Origin: Xylographa opegraphella | Lineage: Eukaryota | Assembly (NCBI GenBank): GCA_022813865.1 | Contig: JALDZX010000047.1 | Coordinates: 124,001 to 167,408 of the forward strand | DNA length: 43,408 bases | Direction of reading: 5' to 3' | In this document: positions 33,896 to 43,408 of the stretch, in pieces | Layout: each line of letters starts with the position of its first letter | Numbering within the stretch: position 1 is the first letter of the stretch | Position numbers and translations under genes: made by a program | The notes under the pieces: generated by a model | Told to the model about the DNA's origin: nothing | Seen by the model: the letters and a program-made list of their open reading frames with translations, nothing else | The model's database searches: none

Positions 33896-35746
33896 TCAGA
33901 AATACCAATTGAAATTGTTAGCCACGCCATCTTTAGCTCTCTGCCGCCTCTTCGAAACGATATCCTGCATTCGAAGACGCTTATGCTCCTCGGACTCTTC
34001 ATAGACCGGATCAGGACACAGCCTCTGAACATCATCCCAGGCCTCTTTCCGGCGGGTCCACCACACTGATCGCTGCGTGGAATTGGACTCGAGCTTCCAT
34101 GCAACTTCATACAACTCCTCAGCCTTGCGCCACCCTGTAAGATTCTTCATCGCAAAGTACTCTCGGGCCAGAGCCGCATACGCGTGGGCAGGGGGTTCAA
34201 AATCACTGCATCCGTGCATGCTGTCGTGTTCTTTGAGCCATACCAAGTCCCGCGGGAGAGGCATATTGGCCTTCTGTACGAGATTAATGCAAGCCAGTTT
34301 GTGCGGGATCCAAATATAATCGGCCAGATACATTCCAGAACAGATTTTATACGCCGTATCGTATTCTTTCTCGGCTTCTGCGTAGCGGCCAACTTTGTAC
34401 AAAGAATCTGCTCTTTCGGTGTGCAGAATGGCCTATTCTCTCTTGTCGTCTGAAACGGAGAACCACGCAGGCTGCCGAGCAATGGCGATTTCCAGTACTC
34501 GAGCCGATTTCTCAGATTGACCGTTTCGCCAGAACATGAGAGCCTCCTCGCGCAAGACCCGGACGTCCGTGATCCCAGCGTATGCTTTCAGATACTCGGC
34601 TTCTCCGCCCAACTTACTGGCCTCTGCCTCTTTCTTCGCTGCCAACCATTTTTGATTGTTTGGCTGATCCTCGACCGCCCAATCGAGCGATCTCATACCT
34701 TTCTCGTACTGCCCTTGTTTGATGAGTAGGATACCTTGTCGGGCACGACAGTCGACTACCCAGGGTGGATCTAGATACCCCGCTACATGGAGCGCTCTTT
34801 CCAAATCATCACCGTATTTAGATTCATCACCGCCTTCATCGACACATTTCTACAGCAGTACGAATGGCCGAGCAGACTGCGGAAACAGTTCAATAGCCCG
34901 ACGTGCCTTGGCTTCCGCCTCGACCACATCTCCTATCCAGAAGAGACGATCGCATTCATCCAAGTACCATTCAGCATTATGGAAATTCTCAACACGAAGG
35001 AGATCCATTTCGTGATGATCGGCCAAGTGTCTTTCCTCTTGCAAAGCCGCCTCTGCTCGCTGGAAAGCCAGGCTGGGTTCTTCGGTCAGCGATACAGGTC
35101 CGACAGCCGTCATTTCGGCTAGAGACAGCAAGTATTTCGGTTCAGGATCAGCCACATATGCGAGCTCATAGCGCAGGACAGCGAGCTCGTAGTCTCTCGC
35201 TTTTGTATTCGCGTCGAGCTGAGCTGATGCGAAGTTGACGAGTCGATCTGATGACTGATCTAGTGACTTTGCCGGTGTAATGGCTTCTTTCATCCGGTCT
35301 ACAAGACGAGATGTGATCGGTTCTGATGACGAAAAATATTTACCGGCAATTTCAAGAACTGCTTCTACAAAGCATATATCTAGTTCTCCAGATCGATCAT
35401 TCAGCAGGGGTTGCGCTCGAGCGTCTAGATACGCATGTTCGACTGTGGAGATACAGCTGAAATCTATTAGGTTCATATGTTGCGGTCTCTGGCCTAAGAG
35501 CTTCAGCAACCCTATTCGATATTGCAGGTTGTCCGGGTCCAGCTTTACAGCGTCCTGTTGTGTTTTGACCGGGTCCCATCCATAGCACGGGTCTCTAGGA
35601 TAGAGATATGCCTCGTGCGCTTGCTTCGCCTGCGCCTCTGCTCGTTCTTTGTTCTGAACGGCGGCGGCAGCCTGTATATGTTGTTGCACCGCCACCTTTC
35701 TCGAGGGGTAAGGCTGGTAATCTTCTGTCGAGCTGCAGTTGCCCAT
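33896..35746 (-). CDS. TPR-repeat protein with an N-terminal MGNCSS lipidation motif; one 617-codon frame interrupted by two in-frame TAG codons (34850-34852, 34433-34435); either recoded or a pseudogene
   Basis: The ORFs 34850-35746, 34433-34804 and 33896-34402 share one frame and are contiguous: ...ARPFVLL*KCVDEGGDESKYGDDLERAL... and ...SDDKRE*AILHTERADSLYKVGRYAEAEKEYDTAYKI. TPR-like helix pairs include AEWYLDECDRLFWIGDVVEAEAKARRAIELFP and RARQGILLIKQGQYEKGMRSLDWAVEDQP. Confidence 0.72.
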
Positions 35747-36143
35747 TGCGATGATCGTTGTTGTAGCACCAGATCCAGACTTGAAGGGAGGGCGAAAGGA
35801 AAAAAGAAGGAAGTGGAGAGCGTGGACATCAAGTGAAGTGGTGGGCTGTGTGACGTTAGATCACAGTAGTGAACAAGCTTGGCATAAGCCACCAAGCCAC
35901 AAGGCTGGCGATACATATATACGAGCGGGGTTGCGTAGTACTGTTATTCATTAGCTACTCTTTAGTGACAGGTCGCGAAGTCCGCGCGATCCTGGGTCTT
36001 CGCATATGGCTGTAAGCTATCTATATACCCTTTACTCAATGCATCGGTACTACTGGGGCTATCATCCCAGGCGTATCTGCATCAACTTGTGCTTTAATCA
36101 TTCTGCCTAGTCTGCCTAGTCTGCCTGATCTGCCTGATCTACC

Positions 36144-36390
36144 TTGGCGTTCTTACGCTTTTCGTCTCGCTTGACCTTCTTTTGCCCTTAATTGTTGCCC
36201 TGTTTGCGTTCTTATTAGCACGCTTCCTTTGCCTTTTCTGGAATCTTCGAATTTGTCGACGTACATTAGCTTTCTTGTCTATATAATAAAGATATCGATT
36301 TCGATTTCTGAGGACACGTTCGGCAAAACTTGTTTGAGCGGCATTTGCGAGTTTCCATATGTGGTTAAATAGACGCTACTTACTTGAAAT
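36144..36390 (-). mobile_element. Degenerate C-terminal fragment of a pogo/Fot1-type (Tc1/mariner superfamily) DDE transposase
   Basis: Manual minus-strand translation gives SSK*RLFNHIWKLANAAQTSFAERVLRNRNRYLYYIDKKANVRR...KRANK...KGK and, after a frameshift, KRDEKRKNAK. This resembles the recalled fungal pogo-like C-terminus (SKQRLQRHVQKLANAAQxSFAERALL...NNEAKVRR...KRGRKRK). It contains a stop and a frameshift and is absent from the ORF track. Confidence 0.65.
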
Positions 36391-38949
36391 CCTTCCGCTT
36401 TTTGTGCCATCTGTTCTCTATTGGCTGCCAGCACCTGGGTGGCTCCTGTCCACAACGATAATATCGTTTAATACGATGCTAACAATGGGCGCCAAGAAGC
36501 GCTTGAACAATTAGCCGAGACGCGAAGGATGTCGTGGGCCTTTTAATTTGTACGGCGTATCACTCGGACTTTACAGTTATAAAGCGGATAACCTGTTCAG
36601 TTTCAAAATCATATTCGTTATGAATGGTATTCGAATCTATAGCTTCGGATCACTAGAAGTAGTGCTCCATCGTGACTGAGGAGGGAGGAGGAAAGTCAAA
36701 GATAATGATTGACAGCGATCATTGAGATGATCGGCAGTGTATTTATACCGCGGTGTTCTTCCTCGACAGAATGCTTCCCGTGTGGACAAGTGGTCTGAGA
36801 CCAGTATAGCAATGTTCAAAATGTCAAAGGCTCGCGCGAAGAGAGTTGAGATGCTTGATAGGTGACTGTGGTTCGTTACGGGGTGTGGTTCGTGACCTAG
36901 GGCAGGATAATACGTATTGTGGAATGCAATTGGGCATAACAGGCCTGACTGGACGCCCTAGCTTACGAATGCTATTGTGATGCCTTGGGCTCAGGAGACC
37001 TGACGGTGTGAGGACACGGCGCTACCGACCGGTGAGGTCTCTGGAGGGAGGGTGCAGGAGGGAGCCGGACTTTGATACTGTTCAGATATCACGTCTGGAG
37101 GTGGGAGCCAAAGGGGAGGTTTAGTACTCCGTAATGATGGTATAGTCTGATTTCGAGTGGCCCAACGGCTGTGCTGAAGCTGGACGGGGCCTCTGATTAC
37201 TCCCGGCATCGGTCACGTATCTTCTTGGCCTTCAAGTCGCATTCGGATATGTTCAACACCTCCACGAGTCAAACCGTGGCGAGTCCGTAGCTAAGCAGGA
37301 ACAAAGAGATGTACAGGAACGGCGCATGACCGCAGGCGCCACTTGAGCAGTACTTTAAAGTGCCTGTACGCTGTAGTATACCTCCCCACTGCCTTCATGG
37401 GACTGCATTTGAAATCGGAGTGTATCCTTCGAGAGACTCCCAGATACCTGGCTCGTCTCGAGAGGCAAACAGAGTTTTGATACTATTAGTATGGTCGTTG
37501 AGATAAGCTCCACTCCCAGCCATCGACCGCTCATAAGGTCATCCCGACCAACAATTATGATGAAGACTGTCATCAAGCACCGTCGTCATATTCTGAATCA
37601 GAAAGCAAAAACTCTTATCTCGTCAGCAATTCTGACGGGATCTTTCGCAGGGACGTGACATTATTAGCGTTAAAAGCAGGACTCAGAGTTTCCTGTTCCA
37701 TTCTATCTCGGTAAGAATCTACGGTGTTTCGGAAATGGAGATCGGTAACAATTTTGCCACTCTAAGAATATTGAGCGATGTCGAATGCACCGGTAGAGAG
37801 ACGATCAGTCGCTTGCCCACGGACCGGCAACATCTATTTCTAGACGTGGGATCATCCAGCCTAGGACGTCCCAGCAGCAACGGATGGTAACATCCAGATC
37901 GTCATGAACAGATAGCCAGAGGAAGGACGAGAGCTTCTTATCCGAAGTTTGAGTCGATCAAACACGCCGATCATGTTAAATATAAGTGATCGACACGCTG
38001 TCGGTCTCTCAGCAACAGCGTGTCAAATTAAGCTCGTCCGCGAGGCCGGCTTGGCGCCCTTCATCTCCCGTTGCAGCAGTGCCGGTGTCAGGGGCGCCGT
38101 TAAGTGGAATTAGGTGTCAGAATTAGGGGGGATTACCACTTCGCTTCGCGGGAGATTGCTCCTAAACCTGCTAGGCGGCCGCTGGAAAGAGGGTGCGCTA
38201 CCCGGATTCGGCTGGCAAACGCACTCGTCTGTCGCATCATCCTCCCATCCCTCATCCTCTCATCCTCTCATCCTTCTCATGCAAGTCGGTGAGGAAAGCC
38301 TGTCGCAGCGACAGAGAGCATCTGATACAACAAATGTCCACCGTATTCGATTGAACATCGTCTAGGATTACACGTAGCTTGCTCTCTGACCCCGGGTTCG
38401 GATCCAATATGGGGTAAAGCTGCATCGACAGCCGTTGTGGCTTGCTTGACCAATTTCTCCAGGCGTTCCCCATCGGGCGTGGAGGCTTCAAGACGCTGAA
38501 CACGGCCCAGGAACGCGGGGAGGAGATGAGCACCACTCCATGGCCTGGTCGGGAGCGCCTGTCTAGTCGTGCAGCGAAAGAATGGGACCGGGCATGATTG
38601 GATCCAGAGATTGGACCTCTTTCCCATGCCTGCAACCACCGGCCAGCCAAGTTTCGACCCCGGTCACGTCTGACGACAGGACCCAACCTTTTGTCGATGC
38701 CATCTCTATTAGCGCCTCTTATCGACAAAATACCTCTGGCTTTCTTAACCTCTGTTCAGTTGCTCTTTGTGCGCTTTTGCTTTTTTGTAGTGCGGGTACG
38801 AGCTCGATTTCGTGATTGCCACTTGCTCTCCTTGTTGCTTGATGTCTGCGTGTGATCATGTGGTGGACCGTGAACGTGGATTTGTCTTTTGGCAGCTGTC
38901 ACTTGTAGCAATCCATTGATCGCAGAGCGACGCGCTGTACGCTATCATC

Positions 38950-41900
38950 ATGTACTGCAGGTGGTCACCGGTGGTGGTTGTAGCTGTACTAGCAGTGCTA
39001 AGCAGCTACACCACGGCCAATGACTTGCACGACATCCTTCCTCGTCAGGGCAGTAGCCCTTCGACAACAGACAATGCTTCCCCTTCTTCGACCTCCTTTG
39101 ACACCGCGGCTTCGACAACTTCTGGTTTGGGCTCGTCGGGTCTTTCCGTGACAACTTCAGCGGCCAGTGCTATCTCGTCGGAACCCTTATCGTCATTCAC
39201 CACGTCTATAAGACCCTCGTCAACCATACCGGCCCCGCTGAACAACACCTCTGCCCAGGATCCCAACAACGATGAGACTCTGCCACTCCTACCCACCATC
39301 ACGCCAGCACTGGGTATCGCTGGGGTCATACTCATCCTGTCGGGCACGGTATATACTCTGATAGGGATAAAAAACAAACTGGTACAGATATTCCTTTCGG
39401 TGGCGTACCTTACCGGTCTTTCAATCACCGTTCTGATCGTCTATGTTATGAACCCTCCTGTCAGTAATGGAGTTGAAGGAGCCTATCTAGTTGCGGCTGT
39501 GCTACCGGCCGTAATCTTGGGCACAGGGGCTTTACTCTTCAAGGACATAACAGAAGGGTTCGGTTGCATCCTGGGAGGTTTCTGTTTCAGCATGTGGATG
39601 CTTGTGCTCAAGCCGGGCGGTTTGATCACTTCAACCGGAGGAAAGGCAATTTTTATTGGTGTTTGGTGCTTGGCTTTCTTCAGCTCCGCCTTCAGTCACC
39701 ATACCCGATCTTATGGTTTGATCGGCTCGACTTCCTTTTCGGGTGCCACAATTCTTGTGCTCGGGGTGGATTGCTTCAGTCGTGCGGGTCTTAAAGAATT
39801 CTGGCTGTACATCTGGGGTAAGTACTGCAAATTATGGTTGACGATAATACTCTGACATACGATAGGTCTGAGTGCGAACTTGTTTCCACTGCTTACAACG
39901 ACATATCCCATCACCAGAGGGATCAGAGTTGAGATTGCTGCAATTATTGTTGTGACATTTATTGGCGTAATGTCTCAGCTCAAGATCTGGAAGGTGATCC
40001 AAGACAGAAGAGACAAACAGCTTATCGAGAAGCAGGAATCAGAACGTCAGCAGGAAATAGTCGATGAGGAGATCGGTCGAAGACTGGTTGCGGGAAATGG
40101 AAGAGAGCAAGAGGAATGGGAGGCAACATACGGCGACAATCCTCGCCCAGAGCATTTGCACAAAGATTCTGGTCTTGGTACTGAAGATAACAGTATTCGC
40201 AAGGTATCTATGAGCCCCGCGGACGTGGCCTCGTCTAGAGGGTCCCAGTCTCATATCTTTGAAATGACTCCCCTAGGGACCTCCGCTGCTGCCAAGTTTG
40301 ACAAAACCGCCGGAGGTCCTACGGTGGCCGTCTCAGTGGCACGGGACGAGGAAGACGAAAGCTATCCCGCTCCACGAAGGATGTCGCCGGAACAGCTCAG
40401 AATATCCAGTGTACCTAGCGCCTCACGTGGTTCCAGGGTGAATTCCGTTGACATCACACGCTACAACCCTGTTTCAGAGGTTAAGGACAAGCATCAGCGC
40501 TACAGCCTAAGCGGAGCACCAGATCTTGGTCCACTACCTTTCGAGAAACGGACGTCGTTCAAATCAGATAACGACGACGCATCCTCAGTTGCAACGGCCG
40601 CGTCATCGCAGCTTCCACAACGTAGATCAGCACAACGCTTTTCCGGTTCTTCACTGCTCAGGAAACTCTCCAAGCGATCGCAGCGCCGTTCGAGGCAGAG
40701 ATCGACTTCCGTCGAAGGCCCTAGTAGTACCCTTCGAGACGGAACTTCACTCGCATCTACTCATAACCAAGGTAGACAAGACGGCGTCTCGAGTAGGGAG
40801 AGTCGCCATATCCGTGAAAACTCCATTGGGTTGTCCATACTTCCCGAGGACGTCTTCCTTCCGGAGAGCCCACGAAGTACAGTAGCTTCCAGTGGTGATC
40901 ATGTTGCTCAAGCGAATAATACAAGATGGGCATTGGACGAGACGGCGAAAAGGCTGGCTGCTGAATATGCTGGAGAGCTTGGAGGGCTTAGCGACAACGG
41001 CACATCAAGTCCTGAAGAAGTGGTGGAGCAAGCGAAATCGCTCCTGCGACCATTATCAGAAGTACCAGAGGAAACAGACTACAATACGCTTTCAAGAGAC
41101 CCGTCCCAATTATCCAAGCTCTCAGCACCAAAGCAAGAATTGGAAGGTCGCCTGCCAGAGGCCACCTCCAAGGTCGCCAGTGTCTATCGGACCAACGAGT
41201 GGGCCAAGCACCTCGACAGAGCCGACAAGCCTGAAGTCGACCGACTCAGCCTGTTGAAACCATCCAACTCGCAAGAGTCCGACGAGTCAGAAGAAGCCGC
41301 GGCACCAGTCGACATCCAAGCACTACAGCAAACCGCAACCGGGGATTCCCCTCCCTTGACACAACAGTCCTCGGAAGAGTCCTTATCCCGCCGCCCACGA
41401 TCCCCATCCAACATCTCCCGCAACTTCCTCTCCGAGTACATGGCCTCCCAAGCCCTGAGCTCCCACCCCAGCAAGTCCTCCCTAGCCCGCAAACCCGTCG
41501 GGTCCCTCTCCCGCAACTCCTCCCAGCAAAGCAGCGACGCCCCCCTTCGACCCAATTCGCTCACGGCGCTCAAAACGCGCACCCTCCGCAGCAGCTCGAG
41601 CCCGATCGTCGCATCTCCGATCGAGGAAGGCGTCGAGAGCAGCTTCCCAACCCGCTACGTCTCCTCCCCCGCCGCATCCACCACCCTCCTCGGCAAACGA
41701 AGCACCATGCTCCGCGACAAACACTTCTCCCAACCGACCCCGTCCACCGGCCTCCCGGCCTCGCCCTCCGACCCCGCCTCCCTCGCCATCTACGGCGCCA
41801 ACCCCCTCGAAGACGACAACATGCCGCTTGCGCAGCGGCGCTCCCTCCTGCAAGCCCAGACGCCGCAACACTCCTCCACCTACCCGCTCCCTGCCGCCGC

Positions 41901-42180
41901 ACGCCGCGCCTCCCAGCTCGCCCACTTCCGCTCCTCCCTCGCCGCCGACCTCTCGACCCCGAAGCAGCCTACCCACGAGACTGAGATTCGTCGGGCTGAG
42001 CTGCTCGCCGCTAAGCACCAGGCCCAGCTGGCGGAGCAGCAGGCCGTGCGTCGTAGCTTGGAGCGCGACGTCGCGTGGGGCCAGGCCATGCGGCGCGGGG
42101 AGATGCTGGATGCGCACCGCGTAGTCATGGGGAGGATGCAGAGGGGCGTGAATGAGCGGTTGAGGAGCGGAACGGGGTGA
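38950..42180 (+). CDS. DUF4203 (TM7S3/TM198-like) multi-pass membrane protein with a long disordered C-terminus, about 1060 aa; exons 38950-39817, 39866-42180
   Basis: Signal peptide, then a Ser/Thr-rich ectodomain, then LPLLPTITPALGIAGVILILSGTVYTLIGIKN...ITEGFGCILGGFCFSMW...SFSGATILVLGVDCFSRAGLKEFWLYIW, LFPL.T.TYPITRGIRVE, YRTNEWAKHL and C-terminal MRRGEMLDAHRVVMGRMQ. A 48-nt intron GTAAGT...CTGAC...ATAG joins the ORFs in frame. Confidence 0.9.
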
Positions 42181-42744
42181 GCGGGAGGGGACGGGTGGGG
42201 GGTTTGGTAGTCGTGCTGTTGGGGGCTCGGAGGGAGGGCTGAGCGGAGCATAGATTATCAAGGTGGGACGGGTAGCTTTGCTTTCGCCTAGATGCATACT
42301 ACCTGGCGCGCCGTGGGTTTTCTCTATTTGTTTTCTTTTCGAAATCTCGTGAGAGGGATATATATACATACATACTGTTCACAGAGCTTAGGCCGGAAAG
42401 GGCCCGGGGGGGGTAATACACGACGAAGCTACTCACTTAGCGAGGGGGGGAGAGGAGAGCAGAGCAGAGTGGTTGGAGAGATGGGATTGGTATATACCAG
42501 ATGAGTGGGTGGGTGCGGTGGGGTGGATGATTTGGATATGTACATAGCACACGCAGAGACGAGTTGTAACGGCGTGTTACATGGCACCTTAACAAGTGAT
42601 AGACGGAACGAGACTAAAGCGCGTCCGGGACTCAGGCTAGTTCGAAAGCGGTTAGGAGTCTTGGCGTTAGCACTGTTTATTTTAACTTCTACGTGTATTA
42701 CTAAACTTGCTTCCTTATATTATTCTAGGTTGAAATCGCTCACC

Positions 42745-43346
42745 TATAGCTGAGGTTCTAGGCCTGCCTTTCTGGTGAGATAGCGAGCCGTAACACGAGT
42801 TTTCTCGAAATGGCCGAAAATATATATACACGGCCTCGCATGACGGACGGATCGGGCCAACTTCTTCGCTTTCTACAGCGCTGTGCTTGTCCACCTGAGT
42901 GCCTTCCCGAGGCTACAGGGCTTCCCGGCGGGGAGGGGGTATTTCGTTTGCAAATTACAGTACTACGTCAAAAGTATTCGCCGCGGAGTAACCCCACCAT
43001 TTCCTACAACAAGGGCATTATTAGTAACTACAGAACGCGATATCGGAGAATATTATAATTTTATATAATAAATTTAATATTATTAAGCAAAATATCCCCA
43101 AAGTTTTATACTTTAAAATTTAATATACCACTTTTGTTAAAGTTCTTACCTTCACAGGGGAAATTAAGGACGTTAAGGGATTAACGCTCGATAAAAAAAC
43201 GGCTCGACTTTAATTGCCTTTCGTTGCTTCATAATGCTTTAATAAGGGGTATTTAGGGGCATAAAAATATTTTAAATAAAACTTTTATAAAAAATTGTTA
43301 CGGCTCGCTATCTCACCAGAAAAGCAGGCCTAGAACCACAGCTATA
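42745..43346. mobile_element. Non-autonomous TIR DNA transposon (MITE, Tc1/mariner-type), about 600 bp, with TA target-site duplication
   Basis: 42744-42795 (CTATAGCTGAGGTTCTAGGCCTGCCTTTCTGGTGAGATAGCGAGCCGTAACA) and the reverse complement of 43296-43347 match at 50 of 52 positions. TA occurs at 42745-46 and 43345-46. The interior is non-coding and very AT/TpA-rich at 43020-43300. Confidence 0.9.
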
Positions 43347-43408
43347 GTGTTAAGGTTCTGCCCAATACCGTGTGGAACAGGGGTCGGGTAAACCTTATCC
43401 CGGTTGCC

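Noticed and set aside
33896..35746. Alternative genetic code (TAG reassigned) or introns explaining the TPR stops
   Set aside because: TAG terminates several conserved genes in this window at expected positions. Candidate donors (GTACTG, GTGGTC) lack the +5 G and a proper branch site, and splicing would delete TPR helices.
36991..37576. Short minus-strand ORFs as a gene
   Set aside because: Multiple stops and no recognisable family; possibly a relic but unsupported.
41184..42369. Long antisense ORFs over the DUF4203 3' end (and similar ones over RYP1, GAS2, SMI1)
   Set aside because: Shadow ORFs of GC-rich coding sequence on the opposite strand.

Overview
This is a eukaryotic window from a filamentous ascomycete (Pezizomycotina): genes have short GT-AG introns with CTRAY-type branch points and there are two N-gaps. 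Ten protein-coding loci can be reconstructed by hand: a WOPR (Gti1/Pac2; Ryp1/Wor1/Sge1-type) transcription factor behind a >5 kb non-coding region, cardiolipin synthase (4 exons), an F-box-like protein with a Ser/Thr/Ala-repeat N-terminus, a GAS2/GAR-domain protein, Knr4/Smi1 (with an 11-nt first coding exon), a mitochondrial HTD2-like dehydratase divergent from a CAP10/GT90 glycosyltransferase, a secreted protein of unknown function, a TPR protein and a DUF4203 (TM7S3/TM198-like) membrane protein. Mobile DNA comprises a ~600-bp TA-flanked MITE whose ends are 52-bp inverted repeats and a decayed pogo/Fot1-type transposase fragment. The most unusual signals lie in the accessory-looking 29-38 kb stretch. 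(i) A single 617-codon frame for a probably lipid-anchored TPR protein is broken only by two in-frame TAG codons, which could reflect A-to-I restorative editing, readthrough or a young pseudogene. (ii) A convergently oriented secreted protein has a motif order that resembles an H-H/Y-E ADP-ribosyltransferase fold. All family assignments come from motif recognition by eye; no database search was run.
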